Part shown: piece after piece, positions 1 to 7,784 of the stretch
Layout: each line of letters starts with the position of its first letter
Numbering within the stretch: the first letter of the stretch is position 1
Sequence record: ON922919
DNA: 64,000 bases
From: Escherichia phage vB_EcoM_PD205
Direction: 5' to 3' (one strand)
Notes under the pieces: generated by a model
What the model was told of the DNA's origin: nothing
Database searches by the model: none
The model's input: the letters and a program-made list of their open reading frames with translations, nothing else
Program-made: the position numbers and the translations under genes

Positions 1-1074
1 CTGACGACGCAGGTCATTACCGTAGTTAGGATGGCAACGGAAGCAGTCATGTACAGTCATTACAGGGAAAGGTTTCTTAGGCATAGTATTGAGCATAGCC
101 AGGATTACATCTGTATCTACCAATGCAATGGTTTCTGAATCCAGATAATCAAAGATACGGGTAGACAGGAATCCAGACTTCTCATAACTAGTCCATAATG
201 TATTAACCATTTCATAGTTATCATCAGAACCAACCATGTAGTCACCAGTTCCTTCACAGATGGACTTAACATAGTTCACCTGGTTCATGTCGAAGTTACA
301 ACGACGTAGCATCTCACGTACCACCATTCCATCAATAGAGTGGGTGATGTTAGCAGAGAGCATACGGGTCTTCTCTTCAGTACCCTGAACCATACGAGTG
401 ATGTCGAATGGCTTACCTAAGAAGTTAACAGTCTGTACTTCAGGAACCATGACCTTAATGACAGCATGGAAGTTGTCAGGGAGTACCCATATGTAACGGT
501 TAGCATCTGGGTTACCACATTGCAGTAAGAACTTGTTAAGTGCCCAAGGACCACTAGCAACAGTTTCCATTACATTCTCAAAAGTCTTGAGACGAATACC
601 TTCACCGAATACTTCTTTAGGCTTGGCTTCTGAACCGTAGAATGCAGTCATAACAGCCTGTTTAGTGTCACTACGTTTAATACGTGATGCTTCACCAAGG
701 ATGTCCAGCATCTTGTGATAGATGACTGTATAAGCATCACGGCGTAATGGTTTACCATTCTCGCCCATGTAGTTAACTACGTTACACAGTTCAGCAGCAG
801 AGCGGTCACCAGTCAGGCAAGCCAGTAACTGCAAGCCTGATGATGTAGCATCCAGAGCTACGGCATAACCGATAGGCTTACCAGCTTTCATATCTTTCCA
901 TGCATTTATGCCTGCAAAGAACAGAGCAGAATCTTCAGCTTCATCTACCAGATTAAGCAGGTTAGCTTCGTTCTCATCGAACCAGGCAATACGTTCATCC
1001 CATGTCTTCTTGTCTAAGCCATAGTTATTAGCGATATCTACTTTCAGGTATTCACGAGCGGTTAACAGTTGCAT
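1..1074 (-). CDS. T7-like single-subunit RNA polymerase catalytic fragment (N4 RNAP II large-subunit-like); gene runs off the window start, only N-terminal ~358 codons present
   Basis: Own translation of minus strand from ATG 1074..1072 (AAGGAA 6 nt upstream): MQLLTAREYLKVDIANNYGLDKKTWDERIAWFDENEANLLNLVDEAEDSALFFAGINAWKDMKAGKPIGYAVALDATSSGLQLLACLTGDRSAAELCN... (verified codon by codon to this point); DATSSGLQ resembles T7 RNAP motif A (DGSCSGIQ). Less carefully checked continuation shows motif B-like MTAFYGSEAKPK and motif C-like VHDCF. Not in ORF track because it is open at the window edge. Confidence 0.8.
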   Translation of the reverse strand, partial: MQLLTAREYLKVDIANNYGLDKKTWDERIAWFDENEANLLNLVDEAEDSALFFAGINAWKDMKAGKPIGYAVALDATSSGLQLLACLTGDRSAAELCNVVNYMGENGKPLRRDAYTVIYHKMLDILGEASRIKRSDTKQAVMTAFYGSEAKPKEVFGEGIRLKTFENVMETVASGPWALNKFLLQCGNPDANRYIWVLPDNFHAVIKVMVPEVQTVNFLGKPFDITRMVQGTEEKTRMLSANITHSIDGMVVREMLRRCNFDMNQVNYVKSICEGTGDYMVGSDDNYEMVNTLWTSYEKSGFLSTRIFDYLDSETIALVDTDVILAMLNTMPKKPFPVMTVHDCFRCHPNYGNDLRRQ

Positions 1075-1118
1075 TTTATGTTCCTTAGCGTCTTGAGCCA
1101 CTCGGCTCGCATAGTGGA

Positions 1119-1625
1119 TTAATAGTTATTAAGTTCTTTGTTTGTTTTGGCGAACTCACCAAAGTATTTAATTGCGGCATCATCATATGCTTTAGCAGCC
1201 TCCACTGGGTCAGTGAATGAACCTAATGCTATTTTGGTGCCTTTAACTTGAATTTGGGCTAGGTATTTACCATTACGAATACGCACACCTTTAAATCCAG
1301 AAGTGTTATTCTTGTTCATAGTTCTATTGCACATGTTCTGTGCATGAGTTGCCTCACGTAGGTTACACCAACGGTTATTGGCCCGGTTTGTATCATTATG
1401 ATCTACCTGTTCGGGCCATGAACCAGTCATGATACACCAGGCTATGTGGTGAGCCTTGTATTCCTGTTTATTAATGACAATCTTTCGATGTCCTCTGGAG
1501 CCTGATAAGCCAGTCTCCTTACCCCTTACGTTGATGTACACCAAAGGACTATGAGTCCAATGAAATGTTCCATTCACTGGGTCATAGTCGATTAGTTCCA
1601 TCAACTCTGCTTGAGTTGGTTTCAT
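1119..1625 (-). CDS. HNH homing endonuclease with C-terminal AP2-like DNA-binding domain
   Basis: 168 aa ORF; HNH-type core (GHRKIVINKQEYKAHHIAWCIMTGSWPEQVDHNDTNRANNRWCNLREATHAQNMCN) and AP2-like tail (GFKGVRIRNGKYLAQIQVKGTKIALGSFTDPVEAAKAYDDAAIKYFG); start overlaps upstream stop (TAATG). Confidence 0.75.
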   Translation of the reverse strand: MKPTQAELMELIDYDPVNGTFHWTHSPLVYINVRGKETGLSGSRGHRKIVINKQEYKAHHIAWCIMTGSWPEQVDHNDTNRANNRWCNLREATHAQNMCNRTMNKNNTSGFKGVRIRNGKYLAQIQVKGTKIALGSFTDPVEAAKAYDDAAIKYFGEFAKTNKELNNY

Positions 1626-2440
1626 TAGTCCTCTACTGGTTCTTTGTCTGCAAATTCAATAACAGCTTTGTTATAGGAAGTGCCTTGGTAGGATATATGG
1701 TATCCGGAACAGTAAGTACGTCCTCTCTTATCGTAACGGTGAGCCAGTGAGAAGTTATTACCTTCTTTGGTCACTAACTCCATTACTTCCTTAGCTGTAC
1801 GGCTGTACTTCTCAAAGGCTTTAACACGTTTCTCGTAGTCCTGACGGGTTTCACCTTCTTTGGGTTTATCCATATTAGGACGAGAGTCTTTTACATAGTT
1901 AGCAACGTCCCAGTTAATGCAGAGACGTTGATTGTTCATACGGTTGATGTGGTCAAGACAGACATCCATCTCATGATGGTTCTTCTTGAGGATGATGCTA
2001 CCTCTGCTTTCGTAGTAACCAGTATCACGGTTACACAGAACAGGCTTAGGAGCACTTACGATAGGCAATGGATACTGGAATGCTTCCAGTTCCATCTGAA
2101 CATCTTCACTAATCTCATAAATAACACCGAACTTGTCGATGGTAGGGTCATAGTTGAAGCAGTCATTCTCTGCCATCTTATACAGACAGTCAGCAATGTA
2201 CTGAGCATCATCTGAGTGACTCATGAGTGAGCCAATCATAGTTTGGATGTCAGCACGTTTATGTAGGGCAATCTGCACCATTGCATCAATGAGCAGCTTA
2301 TAATCAATTTCTAAATAGGCAGCGAATGCCTTAAAGTCAATTTCTTCGGAGTCCTCGAATTCCTTCCTCATGCGAGGGAGTAATTGATTTTTGTTGAAAA
2401 GGATTTCAAGTTGCTTCTGATGTTCAATAGATGAGTACAT
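1625..2440 (-). CDS. T7-like RNA polymerase N-terminal catalytic-domain fragment (N4 RNAP II small-subunit-like)
   Basis: 271 aa; AHRYDKRGRTYCSGYHISYQG resembles T7 RNAP DxRGR motif region (MDWRGRVYAV); AGGAG RBS 9 nt upstream of ATG 2440; directly upstream of the large-subunit fragment. Confidence 0.65.
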   Translation of the reverse strand: MYSSIEHQKQLEILFNKNQLLPRMRKEFEDSEEIDFKAFAAYLEIDYKLLIDAMVQIALHKRADIQTMIGSLMSHSDDAQYIADCLYKMAENDCFNYDPTIDKFGVIYEISEDVQMELEAFQYPLPIVSAPKPVLCNRDTGYYESRGSIILKKNHHEMDVCLDHINRMNNQRLCINWDVANYVKDSRPNMDKPKEGETRQDYEKRVKAFEKYSRTAKEVMELVTKEGNNFSLAHRYDKRGRTYCSGYHISYQGTSYNKAVIEFADKEPVED

Positions 2441-2473
2441 CGCTTATTCTCCTAAATGTGATTAATAACCAAA

Positions 2474-2488
2474 AGCTGCGGAGCAGCT
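2474..2488 (-). promoter_or_regulatory. N4 vRNAP-type hairpin promoter (AGCTGC-GGA-GCAGCT, 6 bp stem, 3 nt loop); predicted +1 near 2470, transcription leftward
   Basis: Perfect inverted repeat with GGA loop on plus (template) strand, core GCGGAGC; 35 nt upstream of RNAP II gene start (2440); -11 G at loop centre and -8 G in stem; predicted +1 template base is C. Confidence 0.55.
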
Positions 2489-2493
2489 ATTAC

Positions 2494-2754
2494 CTAACGC
2501 TTAGTCCAAAAGGTAATACGAATACTATTTTCATTACCAATGTAGTCGATACGTACATGCAGACCATTACCATTAAACTCATTACTTTTCTTCTGATAAG
2601 GCCAGACTAGGCTAGTCATAGGTATTTTAACTAAGCCGGATATGTGACCCAGCTTAGTACGACTCTTTAATTCGTTCTGTAATGCACAATAGATGTCATG
2701 TCGTGTAAGTGCTCTAGCTCTGACTTGGGCAGACCACAGTTCTTCATAAGTCAT
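2494..2754 (-). CDS. hypothetical early protein
   Basis: ORF track 2494..2766 begins at TTG; in-frame ATG 2754..2752 preceded by TTGGAG (part of conserved CAACTATTGGAG motif) chosen as start. Confidence 0.4.
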   Translation of the reverse strand: MTYEELWSAQVRARALTRHDIYCALQNELKSRTKLGHISGLVKIPMTSLVWPYQKKSNEFNGNGLHVRIDYIGNENSIRITFWTKR

Positions 2755-2756
2755 TA

Positions 2757-3107
2757 TTAACTCCAATAGTTGTAAGCATTACCTAAGTATTTACACCATG
2801 CTTCTGGCAATAGCACATTGCCAGTGACATTATTGAACGGGTATGGGTCCAGAAAGTCATCTCCCATTACTTTGAAATCCCATTGAGGATTAACAGATGC
2901 ATAGGCAATAAAGCCTTCAACGAAGCCATAGATAGCACCCTCTTTAATTCGGTTACCATTGCCATCTCTTACTGGAATGGCAAAGCTATTACCATAATGT
3001 CCATAGGCCATACCCCAGCGAGCACCATGCTTCTTATAAGCTAATTTGGCAGCAGCATTAGTATGTTGTCCAAGTGTATTGGTAGTGAATACTAAGATCT
3101 CTTTCAT
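2757..3107 (-). CDS. hypothetical protein (Rossmann-like small protein, family not assigned)
   Basis: 116 aa ORF, ATG start, tightly packed in same-strand operon; Gly-rich motifs (GARWGMAYGHYGNSFAIP). Confidence 0.4.
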   Translation of the reverse strand: MKEILVFTTNTLGQHTNAAAKLAYKKHGARWGMAYGHYGNSFAIPVRDGNGNRIKEGAIYGFVEGFIAYASVNPQWDFKVMGDDFLDPYPFNNVTGNVLLPEAWCKYLGNAYNYWS

Positions 3108-3298
3108 TTGTATAACTTCCTTAAGCCCATATAGGCTTCTTTTTCAGTCATATTAAATTCAGGTCGACCTGCAATATAGAGATCTAGCTCTTTTAATGCT
3201 AACTCATGGTCACGTTGTTCTTTCTTGGTTCGGCAATGTCCACATTTACCATCCCATTGGGATACATAGCCTTTACCACATTTACATTGTTGGTTCAT
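3104..3298 (-). CDS. hypothetical zinc-ribbon protein
   Basis: 64 aa; CxC...CxxC arrangement (CKCGKG...CGHC); ATGA-type overlap with neighbours. Confidence 0.35.
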   Translation of the reverse strand: MNQQCKCGKGYVSQWDGKCGHCRTKKEQRDHELALKELDLYIAGRPEFNMTEKEAYMGLRKLYK

Positions 3299-3543
3299 TT
3301 AAAAGTACTCCATGGTATGGATTCCAAGTAATTAATTTTGTAAATAATCTTACTTCTTATTTCTCCACCAACATCTTGTACATGGATTAGGTTTAACCTT
3401 TGTGCTTGAGTTATTGTAGCTGCAAGGGTTCTTCCTATAATATTTGATATTTCTATAAAAGATTTATTAGATTCTACTAATATCCTTAAATTAGTATTAT
3501 CTAAATTACTCCACTCTTTGGAGTGGTTTGCTGGCTTATCCAT
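3295..3543 (-). CDS. hypothetical small protein, possible HTH DNA-binding, in AT-rich islet
   Basis: ORF track start 3558 is TTG; in-frame ATG 3543 with GGAG 9 nt upstream; body lies in conspicuously AT-rich stretch 3300..3530. Confidence 0.35.
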   Translation of the reverse strand: MDKPANHSKEWSNLDNTNLRILVESNKSFIEISNIIGRTLAATITQAQRLNLIHVQDVGGEIRSKIIYKINYLESIPWSTFK

Positions 3544-3916
3544 TAGGATTCTCCACAAAGTATTTGTACATAGCTTTTACTAGCTTCTCTTTAATAACCT
3601 CACCATGACATGGTTTTGGATAACAGAAGCATTGTAAAGCTAATCCTTTTTCATCAATGGCTTTATTACCAAGACGATTTAATTCATCCAGTACAATTGG
3701 ATTCTTTCTCATTATTTGCTCATTAAGCCATACTCGATACTTGGCTATAACTTGTTCTCTCGAACCGTCTTTACCAATAACGAATGGATTACCTAATGGT
3801 GAGCCACGTCCAATATACTCACCTGATTTACCATGATGTTTATTAACAATGATGATTGGACGTGCAGATACACCAAGCAAAGCATTGGTGTCATCACCTA
3901 AAGAGATATTCTTCAT
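3536..3916 (-). CDS. DUF4326-like protein
   Basis: 126 aa; motifs GRGSPLGNPF ... YRVWL ... CFCYPKPCHG recalled as characteristic of DUF4326; family name from memory, not searched. Confidence 0.45.
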   Translation of the reverse strand: MKNISLGDDTNALLGVSARPIIIVNKHHGKSGEYIGRGSPLGNPFVIGKDGSREQVIAKYRVWLNEQIMRKNPIVLDELNRLGNKAIDEKGLALQCFCYPKPCHGEVIKEKLVKAMYKYFVENPNG

Positions 3917-4227
3917 GGTTTAAGTACCTGGAATGCGAACACGGGACGTTTACTACGCCATTGGTTCATAGCTAGTTCACTAGTTTCAGAACCATCATGT
4001 AAGTCATAGATAAATGAGATTACATAGTCTGGTTCTTCCGGGAAGTTCTCTGTAGAGAAGGGTAGCCCTGATTCCTTAAGAATAGGAACCAGTGGAGATT
4101 CAGCATTACAGTACAGAGTAAACTCTTCATTGAATGCTTGGCTTGTCTGAGATACATAATCAATATTACGCATCATCTTATCTACATCAGTAAACGTAGA
4201 ATCATGGATTACTAGAATAGTTTTCAT
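3913..4227 (-). CDS. hypothetical protein
   Basis: 104 aa ORF, ATG, 4 nt overlaps with both neighbours. Confidence 0.4.
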   Translation of the reverse strand: MKTILVIHDSTFTDVDKMMRNIDYVSQTSQAFNEEFTLYCNAESPLVPILKESGLPFSTENFPEEPDYVISFIYDLHDGSETSELAMNQWRSKRPVFAFQVLKP

Positions 4228-4415
4228 ACTGGCTCCTTGCCTGTAAATGCTACTACTTTTCCTGACATATTCCGTAGGGTTACCTGTGCTGAGTTAACAT
4301 CAGCAAATTGCTCTGCAACCCAGTTAAGCATCTCAGGGTCATTATTTAATTGTTTGTTAATCACAGTTTTACTGTCTGCTGTTACTAAAGTGATTTCATA
4401 ATTTTCAATATTCAT
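4224..4415 (-). CDS. hypothetical protein
   Basis: 63 aa ORF, ATG, overlapping-stop operon arrangement. Confidence 0.3.
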   Translation of the reverse strand: MNIENYEITLVTADSKTVINKQLNNDPEMLNWVAEQFADVNSAQVTLRNMSGKVVAFTGKEPV

Positions 4416-4669
4416 GCTACTTTCTCCAGCGTTAGGTAAACGTTATTATTGACAATACTCAAATCACAGAAACCAATCTCTTCTTGTCTCCCAGAGGATA
4501 CCCAAATATTGTTTTTTGTTAGCTTAGGCTTCTTAGAGAAACCTATTAGTGAGGTATTAGCGCTCTTATATTGACGAGTATATAGAGCTATATACTTAAC
4601 CCAGTGAGGCACTTGAATAGTATGCTTCATATATTCCACAGTCTTACCTGTAGGATATGTAATAATCAT
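4412..4669 (-). CDS. hypothetical protein
   Basis: 85 aa ORF, ATG, overlapping-stop operon arrangement. Confidence 0.35.
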   Translation of the reverse strand: MIITYPTGKTVEYMKHTIQVPHWVKYIALYTRQYKSANTSLIGFSKKPKLTKNNIWVSSGRQEEIGFCDLSIVNNNVYLTLEKVA

Positions 4670-4887
4670 TTCTGATAACCTTCTATGAAGTTAGTACGAC
4701 GAATGAGCTGAGTGGATGCTTTAACAGCCGTCTTCTTGAACTCATCTTTGTGTTGGTTTTCCAATATCTTATCCCATTCTTTCTGGTTCCGTCGTTTCTG
4801 TAGGATACGACTACACTTTTTATGATTAGCAACTCCTTTACGTTTGTTACATACAGGGCAAATACCATAATTAGTGCTGTACATCAT
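4666..4887 (-). CDS. hypothetical protein with CxxC...C motif
   Basis: 73 aa; CPVCNKRKGVANHKKC; GGAGG upstream. Confidence 0.35.
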   Translation of the reverse strand: MMYSTNYGICPVCNKRKGVANHKKCSRILQKRRNQKEWDKILENQHKDEFKKTAVKASTQLIRRTNFIEGYQK

Positions 4888-5192
4888 TGGCTTAAAGCCT
4901 CCATTAATATTTTACGAATAACATTTACATCAGATTCAGTACCAATTAAGCCAACAGGCTTACCTGTACTATCTGTTACAAAGGTTGCAATCCTTTCCAT
5001 CTCTGCTGTAATTAATTTGTCCCCACTAATAAGACGATTACGAAGGTAAGCTTCATAAGCTACCTCTACATCTTCTACTGTGGTTCTTTCATTACGAGTG
5101 AATGGATTACTTAATGGGAATGGTAAGTGGATACGTATATTCCGGTCAGCTATCTTAGCTGATTGAGGAAGTATACAAACAATTTCATTCAA
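4884..5192 (-). CDS. hypothetical protein (weak DUF4326-like PLSNPF motif, lacks Cys/His tail)
   Basis: 102 aa; TTG start at 5192 with AGGAG 9 nt upstream (no in-frame ATG near); HLPFPLSNPF...AYEAYL resembles the GNPF...Y.WL core of the 3536..3916 protein. Confidence 0.35.
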   Translation of the reverse strand: MNEIVCILPQSAKIADRNIRIHLPFPLSNPFTRNERTTVEDVEVAYEAYLRNRLISGDKLITAEMERIATFVTDSTGKPVGLIGTESDVNVIRKILMEALSQ

Positions 5193-5270
5193 GATAATTT
5201 CTCCTATTTAAATACATATCTAACTATTCAAGAATAAAAAATAGAAGCCCCCCTAATGGAGCACTCCTTG

Positions 5271-5447
5271 TTATTTGATACATGGATGATTGAAGGTTAC
5301 GATACGAGCTTTACTTTGTTTAAGTCCTGCATCAATGAACTCTTTCAGCTGTTCATTGGTCATGCTGAGTGCCCGTTTACTTGCTACATTACGATTACGC
5401 ATACGAGTAACGTCTTCTTTGGTTCCCATGATTAATGACTTACGCAT
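5271..5447 (-). CDS. hypothetical protein
   Basis: ORF track 5271..5462 starts at GTG; first in-frame ATG at 5447; no clear RBS; low confidence. Confidence 0.25.
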   Translation of the reverse strand: MRKSLIMGTKEDVTRMRNRNVASKRALSMTNEQLKEFIDAGLKQSKARIVTFNHPCIK

Positions 5448-5610
5448 GATTTGGTTGTCCACATAAAGTTAAAAGGTTTATTGTTACGTACAATTCTTAC
5501 AACCATTTGATAGCCATTGAGTTGCACAACACCATAGTGTCGTTTCTGTACACCAGTGTGATACCTACGAAAGATACATTCTTCAATGGCATCATCTATG
5601 TTAGTGAATA

Positions 5611-5799
5611 TCACTGGTTCCTCTTTGCAAACTCTTCTGCTTGTTGCTTGTAGTACTGAGTCATTGCTTTCTTGTGTTTAACACTAGCAATGAGACACTC
5701 GATAGTAACGAATGGCAGCTTAGCAATAAGCAACCATTTATGACGTAATTTCCAACCCAGAAAGTAGAAGATTACACAGAAAGCGATGAAGTCTAACAT
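5611..5799 (-). CDS. hypothetical small membrane protein
   Basis: 62 aa; hydrophobic N-terminus (MLDFIAFCVIFYFLGW); GAGGA RBS. Confidence 0.3.
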   Translation of the reverse strand: MLDFIAFCVIFYFLGWKLRHKWLLIAKLPFVTIECLIASVKHKKAMTQYYKQQAEEFAKRNQ

Positions 5800-5900
5800 G
5801 GTTAATTCCTCTTCTAATATAAATCTATATCTATCTGGTTACTGTTTCAGTACCCTTCGTCTAAAGATACTCAAAAAGTAGAAATAGCTTATCGTCTAGT

Positions 5901-5930
5901 TAAAAATAAAAGACTCCCCGAAGGGAGTCT
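5901..5930 (-). terminator. rho-independent terminator (AGACTCCC-CGAA-GGGAGTCT; RNA loop UUCG) with U-tract
   Basis: 8 bp perfect stem 5911..5930; on minus strand followed by UUUAUUUUUA (5901..5910); 10 nt after stop of gene 5940..6320. Confidence 0.7.
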
Positions 5931-5939
5931 AGTAGTTGA

Positions 5940-6320
5940 TTAGAAAGTCAGTTTACGAGCATATTTATTCTCGTCTGCTGGGATGTCAGCAGCCTCTGCT
6001 TTCACACGACGAAGTTGAACTTGCAGGTTAATGATACCCTCTTCGCCTGGTTCCAGGTTCTGAGCATATTCAATTAACTGTTCCAGCAAGTCGTTCTGTG
6101 CACAACGCATTGCACGGAAGTCTTCGTTAGAGGAATTGGTTGGCAGATGCTCCTGAGTATCCAGTGGAATACCAGTAGGCAGAGAGATGAAACGTTCATC
6201 TTCAGTGCCTTCATTAGCAACATAACCAATGTTCAGCCAGAACTGAGCTTTAGGTTTATCAGCTTTAGCAGTGGTAGCAGCAGCGTTAGATTGACCGAAA
6301 GTGAATTTTTGAATAGACAT
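5940..6320 (-). CDS. hypothetical early protein (compact promoter-gene-terminator unit)
   Basis: ORF track 5940..6413; internal ATG 6320 with GGAGAG RBS chosen; hairpin promoter 6425..6439 upstream and terminator 5911..5930 downstream. Confidence 0.45.
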   Translation of the reverse strand: MSIQKFTFGQSNAAATTAKADKPKAQFWLNIGYVANEGTEDERFISLPTGIPLDTQEHLPTNSSNEDFRAMRCAQNDLLEQLIEYAQNLEPGEEGIINLQVQLRRVKAEAADIPADENKYARKLTF

Positions 6321-6424
6321 TTTGTACTCTCCAGATTTATGTGATTTACGGGTGAACTCGTCGGTGAGAACACCCAAACAAAAGGATAAAAGTTCAATGA
6401 TTAGTGGATGCATTTACATCCTTT

Positions 6425-6439
6425 AGACGCGGAGCGTCT
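6425..6439 (-). promoter_or_regulatory. N4 vRNAP-type hairpin promoter (AGACGC-GGA-GCGTCT); predicted +1 near 6421
   Basis: Perfect 6 bp stem with GGA loop, core GCGGAGC; intergenic between stop of 6446..6724 and gene 5940..6320; predicted +1 template base C. Confidence 0.55.
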
Positions 6440-6445
6440 TGATAA

Positions 6446-6724
6446 TTACTTGAAGAAATGTGGGTAGTCTTCTATGAATTGAGCTAAGTCATGTACATGC
6501 TCAATGACAGCTTTACGCTTGCACTGGCGTACTTGTTTAGCCGTAGGCTTAGATGTGAAAGCATACTGATGTACAGATGCAGTCATAGGGTTATCATCAA
6601 CTGATATCTCTACATCTACGGCCCATTGTGCAGGATTAGAAGTGTACATCATTCGAGATTTAGTAAATGTAGTTGAATGATTAAATGGTGATACATAGTG
6701 GATTGAGGTGTGAATAGTACGCAT
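6446..6724 (-). CDS. hypothetical early protein
   Basis: 92 aa ORF; ATG 6724 preceded by conserved CAACTATTGGAG motif; hairpin promoter 35 nt upstream. Confidence 0.4.
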   Translation of the reverse strand: MRTIHTSIHYVSPFNHSTTFTKSRMMYTSNPAQWAVDVEISVDDNPMTASVHQYAFTSKPTAKQVRQCKRKAVIEHVHDLAQFIEDYPHFFK

Positions 6725-6757
6725 AGCTTAATCTCCAATAGTTGAATGATATCCTAT

Positions 6758-6772
6758 AGATGCGGAGCATCT
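6758..6772 (-). promoter_or_regulatory. N4 vRNAP-type hairpin promoter (AGATGC-GGA-GCATCT); predicted +1 near 6754
   Basis: Perfect 6 bp stem with GGA loop; intergenic; predicted +1 template base C. Confidence 0.55.
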
Positions 6773-6777
6773 GGTTT

Positions 6778-7137
6778 TTAAGACAAGCGTTTAAGTAACT
6801 CTGCTTTAGCAGATTCATACTTTTCAGTAGCTTTAGAGTGGTCAATATCTGACTCACCGTATTCAAGGATGTCCCTTTCATACGTTGCAAGAACATCTAC
6901 TGCATCTTCAAAGCGTTCCAGTAGTTCATCCTTGTCTAGTTCTCCTTCACAGGATTCCCATTGCCATACATAACCTATTAACGGAATTGTTTCTTCTTTC
7001 TTAAAGTAAGGATTATTGCCACCATCTTTGACAGTAGAATCTTTAGTAAGACAGATACGTTCTCCTTCCAATTTTCCTACGATAATTGTTCCAACAGGAA
7101 CAGCAGCAGAACCTTTGATACAACGGAATTTAGTCAT
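6778..7137 (-). CDS. hypothetical protein with acidic C-terminus
   Basis: 119 aa ORF; AGGA RBS; C-terminal LERFEDAV motif shared with the small ORF 7150..7329. Confidence 0.4.
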   Translation of the reverse strand: MTKFRCIKGSAAVPVGTIIVGKLEGERICLTKDSTVKDGGNNPYFKKEETIPLIGYVWQWESCEGELDKDELLERFEDAVDVLATYERDILEYGESDIDHSKATEKYESAKAELLKRLS

Positions 7138-7149
7138 GATTTCCTATCC

Positions 7150-7329
7150 TTATGGTATGTAAGACATCCAGGTTAACATTTCAGCTTTGGCTTCTTGGTA
7201 TTCAGCTTCAACTACTTGAGGGTCAAATTGATTTCTATCATTTTGTAAACCCTCATGTGTTCTTACAGCTTCTTCGAATCTTTCCAGAGCTTCTTGTGGT
7301 GATTTAGCTTTGCAATCTGTCAGGGACAT
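7150..7329 (-). CDS. hypothetical small protein (59 aa, below ORF-track cutoff)
   Basis: Own translation: MSLTDCKAKSPQEALERFEEAVRTHEGLQNDRNQFDPQVVEAEYQEAKAEMLTWMSYIP; GGAG RBS; fills gap between annotated ORFs. Confidence 0.3.
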   Translation of the reverse strand: MSLTDCKAKSPQEALERFEEAVRTHEGLQNDRNQFDPQVVEAEYQEAKAEMLTWMSYIP

Positions 7330-7380
7330 TTTACTTCTCCTAAAGTAGATAACTATCTACTTAGTTGAACTATCTAATCT

Positions 7381-7408
7381 TTATAAAAGGAGACTCCGAA
7401 GAGTCTCC
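7381..7408 (-). terminator. rho-independent terminator (GGAGACTC-CGAA-GAGTCTCC; RNA loop UUCG) with U-tract
   Basis: 8 bp perfect stem 7389..7408 followed on minus strand by UUUUAUAA; 9 nt after stop of gene 7417..7740. Confidence 0.65.
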
Positions 7409-7416
7409 TATGTGGT

Positions 7417-7740
7417 TTAGTCTTTAGTCAGGATGTCAATTACTTTGGAATATTCTGCGTTATAGATACGAGCGTTCTCTGAATCCTTGCAGAATTCCTC
7501 GATACTTTTCTTACGCAGAGTCTCAGTCATAGCTGTTTCCTCTGCCAGTTTATTAACAAAGGTATGCATTTCTAATTTAGTACGAATGGCTTGTTTCTCT
7601 GCCATTGTACTTACATATGAATTAAGCATACCTACTGCTTTAGTTGCAGTGCTGAATGTATCTGCAACAGTAGTAGCAGCTGAGTTAACAGTACCAAGTA
7701 AAGTTCCTGCGGTCATACGTACAGTAGCTTGAGTAGTCAT
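7417..7740 (-). CDS. hypothetical early protein
   Basis: ORF track 7417..7818; internal ATG 7740 chosen because it is preceded by CAACTATTGGAG motif (GGAG RBS) and the upstream part overlaps a promoter-like hairpin. Confidence 0.4.
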   Translation of the reverse strand: MTTQATVRMTAGTLLGTVNSAATTVADTFSTATKAVGMLNSYVSTMAEKQAIRTKLEMHTFVNKLAEETAMTETLRKKSIEEFCKDSENARIYNAEYSKVIDILTKD

Positions 7741-7784
7741 GATGATAGCTCCAATAGTTGATGATAGGACGACATGTCCATAAC

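Noticed and set aside
5243-5268. Possible decayed terminator (AGCCCCCCTAATGG resembles the 5' arm of the 42910 hairpin)
   Set aside because: The 3' arm is not complementary, so no stable stem forms, although a U-tract is present on the minus strand.
5432-5614. 60 aa GTG-initiated ORF overlapping two neighbours
   Set aside because: GTG start without RBS, overlaps 5271..5462 by 31 nt; treated as probably non-coding.
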